From NCBI GenBank assembly GCA_029978705.1, contig JAPOIY010000005.1, forward strand, positions 18,618 to 82,617: DNA of 64,000 nt. Direction: 5' to 3'. Positions within the stretch are counted from its first letter, which is position 1. Each line of letters opens with the position of its first letter. Shown one piece after another: positions 9,435-19,779 of the stretch. Both the position numbers and the translations under genes were made by a program. The DNA comes from Actinomycetota bacterium. Its GTDB lineage: Bacteria > Actinomycetota > Actinomycetes > S36-B12 > GCA-2699445. The notes under the pieces are model-generated. The model ran no database searches. It was not told the DNA's origin and worked only from the letters and a program-made list of their open reading frames with translations.

Positions 9435-10133
9435 GTGGCCGAGGCCACCCCGCGCGACCCCGCCGACCTGTGCGGACGGCTCGGCGTCGACGTCCCTGAC
9501 GAGCTGCTGGTGCAGTCGCTCACCCACCGTTCCTACGCTTACGAGGCCGGTGGCCTGAGTCACAACGAGCGTCTCGAGTTTCTCGGCGACGCTGTGCTGG
9601 GCATCGTCATCACCGACGCGCTGTTTCGGCGCAACCCCGATCTGCCCGAGGGGCGACTGGCGAAGATGCGCGCAGCCATGGTGAGCGCGAAGGCCCTGGC
9701 CGACGTGGCCCGCGGCATCGGTCTCGGGGACTACCTGCTGCTCGGCAAGGGGGAGAACGCCACCGGTGGCCGGGAGAAGACCTCGATCCTCTCGGACACC
9801 CTCGAAGCCGTCTTCGGGGCCGTGTACCTGGCCCACGGCCTGGACACCGCGACCCGCGTCATCCACACCCTCATGGACCCTCTACTCACGGCCACCGAGA
9901 CCCTCGACGCCGAACTGGACTGGAAGACCAGCCTGCAGGAACTGACCTCCGAACTGGGCCTCGGAGTGCCGCACTACGTCGTCGACGAGTCCGGCCCGGA
10001 CCACCACAAGGAATTCACGGCGCGGGTGCGCCTGTCCGACGGACTGCACGGCCACGGCCGCGGCGCCACGAAGAAGGACGCCGAACAGCAGGCCGCCCGC
10101 ACCACGTTCGCCGAGTTCTCCGAACGGGCGTGA
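9435..10133 (+). CDS. rnc: ribonuclease III
   Basis: 232 aa. RNase III signature ERLEFLGDAVL plus a C-terminal dsRBD. Confidence 0.95.
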   Translation: MAEATPRDPADLCGRLGVDVPDELLVQSLTHRSYAYEAGGLSHNERLEFLGDAVLGIVITDALFRRNPDLPEGRLAKMRAAMVSAKALADVARGIGLGDYLLLGKGENATGGREKTSILSDTLEAVFGAVYLAHGLDTATRVIHTLMDPLLTATETLDAELDWKTSLQELTSELGLGVPHYVVDESGPDHHKEFTARVRLSDGLHGHGRGATKKDAEQQAARTTFAEFSERA

Positions 10134-10134
10134 C

Positions 10135-10983
10135 GTGCCGGAGCTGCCGGAGGTCGAGACGGTCCGGCGCGGCCTGGCCGACCGGGTCGTCGGCCGGGAA
10201 CTGGGTGCACCCGTCGTCGCCCACCCCCGGGCCGTCCGGCGCCAGGAGGGCGGAGCGGCCCTGTTCTCGGGCCGGGCCACCGGAGTCGTGCACTCGGCAC
10301 GCCGGCGCGGCAAGTACCTGTGGCTGGAGGTGGGGGACCGCGATGACGTGGTCGTGGCCCACCTCGGCATGAGCGGGCAGTTCCGGGTGGTCGACGCACC
10401 CCCCGACGACGATCCCCACGCCCGCGTCTGGTGGCCGCTCGATGACGGGACGACCGTGGTGTTCCGCGACCAGCGCACCTTCGGCTGGGTGCTGGCCGAC
10501 CGGATGGCCGGCGAGGTGCCCACGGCCGTCGCGCACATCGCCCGCGACCCGTTCGACCCCGCCTTCGACCGCGAGGCCACCGCGCGGGCGATCCGCCGCT
10601 CGACCAGCGGCGTGAAACGGGTCCTGCTCAACCAGTCCGTGGTGTCCGGCATCGGCAACATCTACGCCGACGAGACCCTGTGGCGGGTCGGTACCCCCCC
10701 TGACCGCCCCGCCTCCCGCCTCACCCAGAAGGATGCGATCCGCCTGCTGGACACGGCCACAGAGGTGATGGACGAGGCCCTGGCGGCCGGGGGGACGTCC
10801 TTCGACCCGCTGTACGTGGCCGTCAACGGGGAGTCCGGCTGGTTCGAGCGGCGGCTGGACGCCTACGGGCGGCAGGACCTGCCCTGCCGCCGGTGCGGGA
10901 CCGCCATCGTGCGCGAACAGTTCGCCAACCGGTCGTCCCATCGCTGCCCGCGCTGCCAACGGCCGCCGCGGGGCGGCGGCTGA
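10135..10983 (+). CDS. mutM: bifunctional DNA-formamidopyrimidine glycosylase/AP lyase
   Basis: 282 aa. N-terminal (M)PELPEVE. C-terminal zinc finger CRRCG...CPRCQ. Confidence 0.95.
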   Translation: MPELPEVETVRRGLADRVVGRELGAPVVAHPRAVRRQEGGAALFSGRATGVVHSARRRGKYLWLEVGDRDDVVVAHLGMSGQFRVVDAPPDDDPHARVWWPLDDGTTVVFRDQRTFGWVLADRMAGEVPTAVAHIARDPFDPAFDREATARAIRRSTSGVKRVLLNQSVVSGIGNIYADETLWRVGTPPDRPASRLTQKDAIRLLDTATEVMDEALAAGGTSFDPLYVAVNGESGWFERRLDAYGRQDLPCRRCGTAIVREQFANRSSHRCPRCQRPPRGGG

Positions 10984-11075
10984 GAAGTCGTGGTCCGCGC
11001 GGCTCCTGGGGGGTGGCACACTGGACCGGGGCCGGAGACGGCGGTGGGACGACACACGACAGGGGTGGGATCCGA

Positions 11076-11252
11076 ATGGCGAAGGCGCTCTACGGACACA
11101 TGACAGGTGGGGAACGGGTGCTGGCCGCGGAGGTGGCACGCCTGCGGCGCCGGGTGGCGGAACTCGAGGAGTACGTCGCCCGGGTGGAACTCGACCGGTC
11201 ACTCGATCTCACCCCCCTCGCGGACGACCTGCTCGCCCCCGCCGCCCCCTGA
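11076..11252 (+). CDS. small hypothetical protein (58 aa)
   Basis: MAKALYGHMTGGERVLAAEVARLRRRVAELEEYV... Short coiled-coil-like peptide. ATG 11076 preceded by GGGGTGGGA. Resembles small conserved actinobacterial peptides, but this is not verified. Confidence 0.45.
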   Translation: MAKALYGHMTGGERVLAAEVARLRRRVAELEEYVARVELDRSLDLTPLADDLLAPAAP

Positions 11253-11331
11253 TCGCCACGGCGCGCGTGCCGCTGCGCGGCTGGGCCCGGTCCGCGGGTT
11301 AGCCTGCAACGTCCGGCCGCAAGGAGATCGC

Positions 11332-14300
11332 GTGCATCTGAAGAGCATGACTCTGAAGGGCTTCAAGTCCTTCGCCTCCCCGACGACCCTGTCGTTCGAG
11401 CCCGGTGTCACGTGTGTCGTCGGACCCAACGGCTCCGGCAAGTCCAACGTCGTCGACGCCCTGTCGTGGGTCATGGGCGAGCAGGGCGCCAAGAGCCTGC
11501 GCGGCGGCAAGATGGAGGACGTCATCTTCGCCGGGACGTCCAACCGGGCGCCGCTGGGACGCGCCGAGGTCACCCTCACCATCGACAACACCGACGGCGC
11601 CCTGCCGATCGACTACACCGAAGTCACCATCTCGCGCATCATGTTCCGTTCGGGCGGGTCCGAGTACGCCATCAACGGCACGCCGTGCCGCCTTCTGGAC
11701 GTCCAGGAACTGCTCTCCGACTCGGGCATCGGGCGGGAGATGCACGTGATCGTGGGGCAGGGACAGCTCGACTCCATCCTCCACGCGACCGCCGATGACC
11801 GGCGCGGCTTCATCGAGGAGGCGGCCGGCGTCCTGAAACACCGCAAGCGCAAGGAGAAGGCGCTGCGGAAACTGGACGGTCTGACCGAGAAGATGAGCCG
11901 GCTGACCGACCTGACCGCCGAACTGCGTCGGCAACTGAAACCGCTCGGCCGGCAGGCCGAGGTGGCCCGCCGGGCCGCCGTCATCCAGGCCGACGTGCGC
12001 GACTCCCGGCTGCGGCTGCTCGCCGACGACCTGTCCGCGCTCACCGAGGCCCTGGCCCAGGAACAGGCCGACGAGACGGCCCTGCGGGAGCAGCGGCGCG
12101 ACATCGAGGCCCAGCTCCTCGCCGCGCAGTCCCGCGAGGCCCAGACCCAGGCCCAGGTCGAGGAGATCGTGCCCGCACTGTCCCGGCAGCAGGACCTGTG
12201 GTTCCAGCTGTCCGGTCTCGCCGAACGGTTCCGGGCCGTCACGTCGGTGGCGCGGGAACGCAGCCGCAACCTGACCGACGCCGACGAGGTCTCCCGCAGC
12301 ACCGTCGATCCCACCCAGCTCGACGCGGAAGCCCACCGGCTGCAGCAGGAACTCGCCGACCTGACCGCGGAGAACCGGGAACGCACCCGCCTACTCGCCG
12401 AAGCCTCCGCCGGTCGTGCCGCCGCCGAGACCGCCCTCACCGCCGAGGAGCGCCGCGTCGAGGCCGAGCAGCGCAGCGCCGCCGAGCAGCGGGAGCAGTT
12501 GGCCCGCCTGCAGGGGTCCGCCGCTGCGGCCCGCAGCCGCATCGACGCCCGCCAGGGCGAGATCGACCAGCTCGTTCAGGCCCTGGCGGACGCCCGCGGC
12601 GGGGGCGACACCGCCGCCCGCCAGTTCGCGGAACTGGAGCAGGACGTCACCGGACTCGGCACCGGCGAGGTCGACCTGGACTCCCGCTACGAGCAGTGCC
12701 GTCAGGAGACCGAGCGGGCCGCCGCCGCCGTCACCGAGCTCACCGCCGAGGAGACCGCCGTCGCGCAGGAGCGGGCCGCCGTGACGGCGCGCGGCGAGGC
12801 GCTGCGGTCCGCCGTGCGGGCCAGGTCCGGTCTGCCCACCGACATCGAGTCCGACCCCGGCGTCGTCGGGCTGGTCCGCGATCTGGTGCATGTGGCGCCC
12901 GGCTGGGAGACCGCGGTCGCCGCCGCCCTTGGGGAACTCGCCGACGGCGTCGTCGTGCCCGATCACGTCACCGCCGTAGAGGTGCTGGAGCGGGTGTCGG
13001 CATCACCGCGTTTCCTGGTGACGGGGGCGGCTGCGTCGCCCGCCGCCGGCCCCGACGCCCTCACCGAGGTCATCTCGGGTGACCCCGCCGTCGTGGCCGC
13101 TTTGGGGGTGGCCCTGCGTGACGTCGTGCGGGCCGAGTCCATCGCGGCCGCCGCCCAGGCGGTGGCCGCCGGCGCCCGCCTCGCGGTGACCCGCGACGGA
13201 CACGTCGTCGGCCCGGCGTCGCTGCTGACGTGGGACGACAACGAGGCCAATGCCCTGGAACTGGCCGGGCAAATCGAGGCCTGCGACGAACAACTCGCCG
13301 GGCTGACCACTCGCAGCGAACGGCTGCGGTTCGCCACCGAGGAGGCCCGCGGCGCCCTCGCCCTGGCCGAGGAGGCGCTGACCGCTGCGCTGACCGCCCT
13401 GCACGAGTCCGACGCCGCCATGGCGGCCGTCGCGGACCAACTGGGTGCCCTCGGCTCGCAGGTGCGCTCCGCGCGGCAGGAAGCCGACCGGCTCAACGGC
13501 GACATCGCCTCCGCCCGGGAGCGGGTGGCGGAGGATGCCGATGCGTTGCGCACGGCCGAGGCGGCCCTGCGCGAGGTCGCCGACCGCCGCGTCGCGCACG
13601 CGCCCAGCGCAGATCGGCGCGAGGACATGGCGGCGGCAGTGACTGCCGCCCGAGCGGGCGAGATGGAGATCCGCCTGGCCCTGCGCACCGGGGAGGAGCG
13701 GGCCGGTGCCGTCGGCCGGCGTGCCGACGAACTGATCGCCGCAGCCGAACGGGAGCGGCAGGCCGCCCGCGAGCGCGAGCGCCTGCTGCAGGTGCGGCGC
13801 CGGCACCGGGAGGTGGCGCTGGCTGTCAGCGGCGTCGCGGCCACAGCCGGACGGCAGGCCGACCACCTGGTGGCGGCCGCAGACCGTACCCGCACGGACC
13901 TGCAGACCCGCCGCGACGCCTGCGACGCCGCACTGGCCGACCTCCGGACGCAGCTCAAGGAGCTGACTGCCACCCTTGAGGCGTTGACCAACTCGGTACA
14001 CCGGGATGAGATGGTCCGCGCCGAGCAGCAGTTGAAGATCCAGCAGTTGCAGGACCGGGCCATGGAAGAGTTCGGCATCGCCACCGACGAACTGCTCGCC
14101 GACTACGGGCCCACCGTCATGGTGCCGCCCAGCCCGCGGGCTCCCGGCGACGAGGAGGACGGCGGCCCCGACCCGGAGCCGTACCCCTTCGCGCGGGGCG
14201 AGCAGGAACGCCGCCTCAAGTCGGCGGAACGGGCCCTGTCCCTGCTGGGCCGCGTCAACCCGCTCGCGCTGGAGGAGTTCGCCGCCCTCGAGGAGAGACA

Positions 14301-14853
14301 CCAGTTCCTGGCCGCCCAGCTCGACGACATCCGGCAGGCCCGCGAGGACCTGCAGGGCGTCATCAAGGAGGTGGACGACCGGATGGAGCAGGTGTTCGCC
14401 GAGGCGTTCGCGGACACCGCCGCGCAGTTCGAGCGGGTCTTCGCCCGCCTGTTCCCCGGCGGCGAGGGCCGACTGATCCTCACCGACCCCCACGACATGC
14501 TGGCCACCGGGGTGGAGGTCGAAGCCCGTCCCCCGGGCAAGAAGGTGAAACGCCTGTCCCTGCTGTCCGGAGGAGAGCGGTCCCTGACGGCGGTCGCGTT
14601 CCTCGTGGCGCTGTTCAAGGCGCGGCCGAGCCCCTTCTACGTGCTGGACGAGGTCGAGGCCGCCCTGGACGACACCAACCTCGGTCGCCTGCTCGAGGTC
14701 ATCGAGGAGTTGCGGTCCGACTCTCAGCTGATCGTCATCACCCATCAGAAACGCACGATGGAGGCCGCCGATGCGCTGTACGGCGTCTCGATGCGCGGGG
14801 ACGGCGTCAGCAACGTGATCTCCCAGCGCATCCGCGAAACCGTCGACGCCTGA
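11332..14853 (+). CDS. smc: chromosome segregation protein SMC
   Basis: Walker A GPNGSGKSN, long coiled coils, hinge, C-terminal LSGGE signature and Walker B FYVLDEVEAALD. ORF 11107.. trimmed to GTG 11332, preceded by SD AAGGAGA (11321-11327). Confidence 0.95.
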   Translation: MHLKSMTLKGFKSFASPTTLSFEPGVTCVVGPNGSGKSNVVDALSWVMGEQGAKSLRGGKMEDVIFAGTSNRAPLGRAEVTLTIDNTDGALPIDYTEVTISRIMFRSGGSEYAINGTPCRLLDVQELLSDSGIGREMHVIVGQGQLDSILHATADDRRGFIEEAAGVLKHRKRKEKALRKLDGLTEKMSRLTDLTAELRRQLKPLGRQAEVARRAAVIQADVRDSRLRLLADDLSALTEALAQEQADETALREQRRDIEAQLLAAQSREAQTQAQVEEIVPALSRQQDLWFQLSGLAERFRAVTSVARERSRNLTDADEVSRSTVDPTQLDAEAHRLQQELADLTAENRERTRLLAEASAGRAAAETALTAEERRVEAEQRSAAEQREQLARLQGSAAAARSRIDARQGEIDQLVQALADARGGGDTAARQFAELEQDVTGLGTGEVDLDSRYEQCRQETERAAAAVTELTAEETAVAQERAAVTARGEALRSAVRARSGLPTDIESDPGVVGLVRDLVHVAPGWETAVAAALGELADGVVVPDHVTAVEVLERVSASPRFLVTGAAASPAAGPDALTEVISGDPAVVAALGVALRDVVRAESIAAAAQAVAAGARLAVTRDGHVVGPASLLTWDDNEANALELAGQIEACDEQLAGLTTRSERLRFATEEARGALALAEEALTAALTALHESDAAMAAVADQLGALGSQVRSARQEADRLNGDIASARERVAEDADALRTAEAALREVADRRVAHAPSADRREDMAAAVTAARAGEMEIRLALRTGEERAGAVGRRADELIAAAERERQAARERERLLQVRRRHREVALAVSGVAATAGRQADHLVAAADRTRTDLQTRRDACDAALADLRTQLKELTATLEALTNSVHRDEMVRAEQQLKIQQLQDRAMEEFGIATDELLADYGPTVMVPPSPRAPGDEEDGGPDPEPYPFARGEQERRLKSAERALSLLGRVNPLALEEFAALEERHQFLAAQLDDIRQAREDLQGVIKEVDDRMEQVFAEAFADTAAQFERVFARLFPGGEGRLILTDPHDMLATGVEVEARPPGKKVKRLSLLSGGERSLTAVAFLVALFKARPSPFYVLDEVEAALDDTNLGRLLEVIEELRSDSQLIVITHQKRTMEAADALYGVSMRGDGVSNVISQRIRETVDA

Positions 14854-14878
14854 CCAGGTCAGAGGACCGTCAGGTTTT
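14849..14878 (+). terminator. putative intrinsic terminator after smc
   Basis: CCTGAC(14849-54)/GTCAGG(14869-74) plus inner GGTC(14857-60)/GACC(14865-68) stem, followed by TTTT (14875-78). One of the very few T-runs in the window. Confidence 0.5.
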
Positions 14879-14923
14879 CCCGCGGCCCTCGCTCCCGTCG
14901 CCCGGCCGCGCCACACTGGCGAC

Positions 14924-16363
14924 GTGACCGCGACCCTGCCCGAGCGCCTCCAGGAGACCCGCGACGTCGTGGCCGCGCGGCGCCGCCCCCAGCCGTCCGG
15001 ACTGCGCCGACCACCCGGACCCCGATCGGGCCCGCTGGTGGCGGCCCTGGCCACCCGCCGGTTGGCGCCGTACCGCATGTTCGCGGACATCAGTCGGCGC
15101 TACGCCCCGGTCGGGTACCTGCGCCTCGGCGGCGAGTACCTGTACGTGGTGAGCGACCCCGACCTGATCTGGCAGGCGTTCGTCACCGACGCCCGCAGCC
15201 TGCTGAAAGGACGCGGCCTGCAGTTGACCCGTCCCCTGCTGGGCAACGGGCTGCTGACATCCGAGGGCGCCGAACACATGCGCAACCGGCGCCTCGTGCA
15301 GCCCGTCTTCCACCACCAGCGCATCGCGGGCTACGCCGACGACATGGTGGCCGCGATCGACGTCACCGACCAGCGGTGGCGTGCCACCGGGGCGGGCGCC
15401 CCTCTGCGCATCGACGTGGTGGAGCAGATGTCGGCCCTGACGCTCGACGTGGTCGGGCGCACCCTGTTCGGCACCGACCTGTCCGGGGAGGCACACCGGG
15501 TGGGGCCCGCGCTGGACGTGGTCCTGCACCGTTTCACCCGGTCACTGTCCCCGGTCTCGCAGGCGCTGCTGCGGGTTCCGACACCGTCCCGGCGGCGACT
15601 GTTCGCCGCCATCGCGGACCTGGATGCCGTCATCGCCGAGGTGATCCAGGAGAAGCGCACCGCCATCGCCGCGGGGAGGGCGGGCGGCGACATCGTGTCG
15701 CTGCTGCTGCAGACCGTGGACGACGAGACGGGCGCCGGGCTGACCGACACCGAGGTCCGCGACGAGACCATGACGATGGTGCTGGCCGGCCATGAGACCA
15801 CCGCGATGGCCCTGTCGTGGCTGATCCGCGACCTCACCCTGAACCCCGCTGCCCTGGAGTGGCTGCGCGAGGAGATCGACCACGTCCCCGCCGCCGACTT
15901 CGCGGCCCTCGCGGAGTTGCCGCGCACCCGCGCCGTGGTCGCGGAGGCGATGCGCCTGCATCCACCGGCGTGGATCCTGGGCCGGTATGCGACCGCGACC
16001 CTCGACCTGGCCGGCTACGACGTTCCCCCCGGCTCCACGATCCTGGCCTCCCAGTACGCGATGCACCGCGACCCCCGGTTCTGGCCCGACGCTGCCACGT
16101 TCGAGCCGCGGCGGTGGCTCACCGCCGACGGCGTGTTCAGCGAACGGGCGCCCGGCGTCCCCCGCGGCACCTGGTTCCCCTTCGGTTTCGGTTCCCGGCG
16201 GTGCATCGGGGAGCAGTTCGCGTGGCTCGAGGCGGTCCTCGCCACTGCCCGGCTGCTCCGGCGGTGGGACATTGACGTGGTCGCCCCCGCGCAGGTGCGT
16301 CCGCTCGCCGCGGTGACCATGCGGCCGGCGTCCGGGATGGAGGCGGTGGTCCGCCCCCGCTGA
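14924..16363 (+). CDS. cytochrome P450
   Basis: 479 aa. I-helix LAGHETT, ExxR (EAMR), and heme-thiolate loop FPFGFGSRRCIGEQFA. Start is GTG 14924; start is uncertain. Confidence 0.9.
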   Translation: MTATLPERLQETRDVVAARRRPQPSGLRRPPGPRSGPLVAALATRRLAPYRMFADISRRYAPVGYLRLGGEYLYVVSDPDLIWQAFVTDARSLLKGRGLQLTRPLLGNGLLTSEGAEHMRNRRLVQPVFHHQRIAGYADDMVAAIDVTDQRWRATGAGAPLRIDVVEQMSALTLDVVGRTLFGTDLSGEAHRVGPALDVVLHRFTRSLSPVSQALLRVPTPSRRRLFAAIADLDAVIAEVIQEKRTAIAAGRAGGDIVSLLLQTVDDETGAGLTDTEVRDETMTMVLAGHETTAMALSWLIRDLTLNPAALEWLREEIDHVPAADFAALAELPRTRAVVAEAMRLHPPAWILGRYATATLDLAGYDVPPGSTILASQYAMHRDPRFWPDAATFEPRRWLTADGVFSERAPGVPRGTWFPFGFGSRRCIGEQFAWLEAVLATARLLRRWDIDVVAPAQVRPLAAVTMRPASGMEAVVRPR

Positions 16364-16389
16364 CCCGAACTCCCGCCCCCCTGCTGCCC

Positions 16390-16395
16390 TAGACT
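16390..16395 (+). promoter_or_regulatory. -10 box (TAGACT), leaderless or very short-leader ftsY
   Basis: 8 nt upstream of GTG 16404. Confidence 0.4.
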
Positions 16396-16403
16396 CGGCG
16401 ACC

Positions 16404-17567
16404 GTGGGAATCGAAATCCTGATTGCTGTCGTCGTCCTGCTGATCGTGGTCGGCATCGGCTTCGTCACCGTGCGTTCGCGTCGCAAGGAGCTCCCGGCGC
16501 CGCCGGCCAAGCCCGAGGTCCTGCCCGGCGTCAACGACGACGCCTCTGAGCCTCGCGACACCCCCCTGCGCGACATCGAGGACGTCCCGCTCGACGGCGG
16601 GGGCGGCACTGCCACGATCGAGGCCCCGCCCGTCGAGACCCCCGAGCCGGCGCTCGGCCGGATGGCCCGGCTGCGGGCCCGCCTGGCGCGCTCCAACACT
16701 GCCCTCGGCCGGGGCCTGCTCTCCCTGCTGAGCGGCGGCACGGTGACCGAGGCCACCTGGGAGGAGGTCGAGGACACCCTGCTCGTCGCCGATGTCGGCA
16801 TCACCGGCACCCAGGACCTCGTGGAGCGTCTGCGCACCCGGGTGAAGGTGGAAGGCACCGACGACCCGCAGCGCGTGCGCAGCATGCTGCGTGAGGAACT
16901 GCTCGTGTCGGTGGACCCGGACATGGACCGAGATCTCAACACCATGTCCCTGGGGGGGAACCCCGCCGTGATCCTGGTGGTCGGCGTGAACGGAACGGGC
17001 AAGACGACGACCACCGGCAAACTCGCCCGCCTGCTCGTCGCCGAGGACAAGGACGTCGTCATGGGCGCCGCCGACACGTTCCGGGCCGCCGCCACCCAGC
17101 AACTGCAGACCTGGGGCGAGCGGGTCGGCGTGCCCGTCGTGCACGGGGCGGAGGGCTCCGACCCCGCCTCCGTGGCCTACGACGCGGTGACCACGGGAAT
17201 CGCCGACGAGGCCGACGTCGTCCTCGTCGACACCGCCGGCCGCCTCCACACCAAGACCGGCCTGATGGACGAATTGGGCAAGGTGAAACGGGTCATCGAG
17301 AAGCAGGTGCCGGTCGGTGAGGTCCTCCTCGTGCTGGACGCCACCACCGGCCAGAACGGGATGACGCAGGCGCGCGTGTTCTCCGACGTCGTGGACATCA
17401 CCGGTGTCGTGCTCACGAAACTCGACGGCACCGCCAAGGGCGGCATCGTCATCTCAGTGCAGCAGGAACTCGGCGTCCCGGTGAAACTCGTCGGGCTGGG
17501 CGAAGGGCCCGACGACCTCGCCCCCTTCGACCCCGAGGCTTTCGTCGACGCCCTCATCGACGGCTGA
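16404..17567 (+). CDS. ftsY: signal recognition particle-docking protein FtsY
   Basis: 387 aa. N-terminal TM/acidic region. SRP GTPase motifs GVNGTGKTTT, DTAGR and TKLDG. Confidence 0.95.
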   Translation: MGIEILIAVVVLLIVVGIGFVTVRSRRKELPAPPAKPEVLPGVNDDASEPRDTPLRDIEDVPLDGGGGTATIEAPPVETPEPALGRMARLRARLARSNTALGRGLLSLLSGGTVTEATWEEVEDTLLVADVGITGTQDLVERLRTRVKVEGTDDPQRVRSMLREELLVSVDPDMDRDLNTMSLGGNPAVILVVGVNGTGKTTTTGKLARLLVAEDKDVVMGAADTFRAAATQQLQTWGERVGVPVVHGAEGSDPASVAYDAVTTGIADEADVVLVDTAGRLHTKTGLMDELGKVKRVIEKQVPVGEVLLVLDATTGQNGMTQARVFSDVVDITGVVLTKLDGTAKGGIVISVQQELGVPVKLVGLGEGPDDLAPFDPEAFVDALIDG

Positions 17568-17572
17568 CCTAC

Positions 17573-18256
17573 GTGGACCTCGTCCTGCTCCTGCAGATCC
17601 TGCCGCTGGCCCTGGGAGCGGCCCTCAGCCCGAGCGTGCTGTTGGTGCAGATCCTCGTGCTGGCGTCCGGGCCCCAGGGCCTGGCCCGGGCGTGGGCGTT
17701 GGCGGTGGGTCTCACGACGGCGCTGGTGGTGCTGGGTTTCGTGGGGTACTCCCTGCTGGCGATGCTGCCCGACGTCAGTGTCGGGCGCCCGTCGATCCAA
17801 CTGGCGATCGGCGAGGTCGTCGCCGGCGTCGTGCTCCTCGCCGTGGCGGTCAAGGTGCACTACTGGCCCAAGCCGCCGGGCCATCACACCTCTGAGGCCA
17901 CCCGGTTCGCGTCGATGTCGCCGTGGCTGCTCGTACCGGTGGGGTTCGCCTGGCAGTTCACGGAACTCAACACGCTGGCCCTGTACCTGCCGGCCATCCA
18001 CTTCGTGACCAACTCGGCGGCACCGGAGGTGACCAAGGGCATCGCCCTGCTGATGTTGGTGGTGGTGACGTCGGTGACCTGGATCGGGCCGCCGTTGGCC
18101 GTCTCCCTGCGTGGCGAACCCGCGGAACGCCGGATGCAGCACTTCCACAAATGGCTGGGAAGCCACTCGAACGCGATCAAACTCTGGGTCTGCCTGGTCT
18201 TCGGGGTGGGTCTGATCGCCCTGGCGATCGTCGACCTGGCCCAGCTGTACTTCTGA
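17573..18256 (+). CDS. GAP/Sap-family integral membrane protein (DUF2910-like)
   Basis: 227 aa with about 6 hydrophobic segments. N-terminus LLLQILPLALGAALSPSVL. Starts 5 nt after the ftsY stop. Confidence 0.6.
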   Translation: MDLVLLLQILPLALGAALSPSVLLVQILVLASGPQGLARAWALAVGLTTALVVLGFVGYSLLAMLPDVSVGRPSIQLAIGEVVAGVVLLAVAVKVHYWPKPPGHHTSEATRFASMSPWLLVPVGFAWQFTELNTLALYLPAIHFVTNSAAPEVTKGIALLMLVVVTSVTWIGPPLAVSLRGEPAERRMQHFHKWLGSHSNAIKLWVCLVFGVGLIALAIVDLAQLYF

Positions 18257-18268
18257 CGACCTTCCCGG

Positions 18269-19768
18269 TCAGACCACCGGCGTGCGGTCGAACCAGGGCC
18301 GGGCGTCCTCCAGTTGACCCGCCAGCGACAGCAGCAGGGCCTCGTCCCCGAACATGCCCGCGAACTGGATGCCGATGGGCAGCCCGGTGGTCGTCCAGGC
18401 GAGGGGCACGCTCATGGCCGGTTGACCGGTCATGTTGAAGACCTGGGTGTTGGGGGTGCGCGCCAGCGAGTCGCTGGCGAGCTGTGCGATCGCGGTCCGG
18501 AACAGCGGGTTGAGCGCGGGCCCGGTGAGCGCCGAGACCCGCCGGATCGTCGACAGGCCCACCTTCTCAGCGGTGCCCAGTCCGAGCTCACCCACCCGGG
18601 CCGGGGGCTGCGCGGTGGTGGCGCTCATGTGCACGTCGACGGTCTCCATCTGCTCGGCCACGGAACGCCCCAGGGCGCCGGCCACGCCCAGGGCGTTCTC
18701 CAGGTCCCGGCCCGAGACGGCCTGCCCCACCTGGCCGAGGAACCAGGTAGCGCGCTCGAAGTCCTCGGGGCGGGGCGTCCGTCCGGTCTTGGCCTCGGTC
18801 AGTTGAATGTCGCGGGCGATGCACGACGCGTTGATCGTCAGGTAGGCCTCGGCGACCTCGTCGGCGTCCAGCTTCAGGTCCAACTCGACGACGTCGTGGC
18901 CGAGCTCGGCGAGCAGACCGGCCGCGTTGTCCACGGCTGCCACGATCTCGCGGTCCTGCGTCTCGGCCAGGAACGCCTTGCGGGTGACCCCGACGCGCAG
19001 CCGCCGCGGCGGCCGGGCGGCAGCCGCGAGGAACTTGGTCGTGCCCTCCGGCGGACCGTAGGGCGCGCCGAGGTCGGGGCCACACGTGGTCTCGAGGAAC
19101 AGGGCGCTGTCGCGCACCGACCGGGTGATCACGTGCGGGATGGCCAGGCCGTTCCAGCCGTCCGCCACATCGGGTCCCATGGGCATCCGGCCGCGGCTCG
19201 GTTTGAGGCCGAAGAGGCCGCAGTAGGCGGAGGGGATCCGGATCGACCCGCCGCCGTCACCCGCGTGGCCGACCGGCACGATCCCCGCGGCGACGGAGGC
19301 GGCGGAACCGCCGCTGGAGCCGCCCGGGGTGTGATCGGTGTTCCACGGGTTGCGGGTCGGCCCGTGGAGTTCGGGCTCGGTGATCCCCATGATCCCGAAC
19401 TCCGGGCAGTTGGTCTTACCCACGAACACCGCGCCGTTGCCGCGGTAACGCGCGAACAGCGTGGAGTCGTAGGGCGCCACCCAGTCGCGCAGCGAGCGGG
19501 AGCCGAACGTGCACAACGCCCCACCGAGTTGCCCGTCCATGTCCTTCAGGACCATGGGCACCCCCGCCAGGGGCCCGGTGGGCAGACCGTCGGCGATCTC
19601 GGCGGCCGCCTCGTCGGTCAGGTCGAGGACGACGGCATTGATCCGGTCGTTGACCTGGTCGAGCCGGGACCGGGCGGCATCCAGCAACTCCTCGGCGGTG
19701 AACTGCTTGTCCTGCAGGCCCTTGCGCATTGCGGTGGCGTCCATCGCCCGGTACTCGCTGAACTTCAT
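18269..19768 (-). CDS. amidase (amidase-signature family)
   Basis: ORF 18269..20128 trimmed to [10 protein letters not shown] (ATG 19768, SD GAGGAG). AS motif [12 protein letters not shown], catalytic K (PMVLKD) and GGSIRIP. Confidence 0.9.
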   Translation of the reverse strand: MKFSEYRAMDATAMRKGLQDKQFTAEELLDAARSRLDQVNDRINAVVLDLTDEAAAEIADGLPTGPLAGVPMVLKDMDGQLGGALCTFGSRSLRDWVAPYDSTLFARYRGNGAVFVGKTNCPEFGIMGITEPELHGPTRNPWNTDHTPGGSSGGSAASVAAGIVPVGHAGDGGGSIRIPSAYCGLFGLKPSRGRMPMGPDVADGWNGLAIPHVITRSVRDSALFLETTCGPDLGAPYGPPEGTTKFLAAAARPPRRLRVGVTRKAFLAETQDREIVAAVDNAAGLLAELGHDVVELDLKLDADEVAEAYLTINASCIARDIQLTEAKTGRTPRPEDFERATWFLGQVGQAVSGRDLENALGVAGALGRSVAEQMETVDVHMSATTAQPPARVGELGLGTAEKVGLSTIRRVSALTGPALNPLFRTAIAQLASDSLARTPNTQVFNMTGQPAMSVPLAWTTTGLPIGIQFAGMFGDEALLLSLAGQLEDARPWFDRTPVV

Positions 19769-19779
19769 GGCACTCCTCG

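Noticed and set aside
18252-18273. Inverted repeat TCTGAC-N10-GTCAGA between the membrane-protein gene and the amidase gene, considered as a bidirectional terminator.
   Set aside because: Most of the complementarity comes from the two convergent TGA stop codons. The stem is short (6 bp), the loop is large and there is no T-tract.
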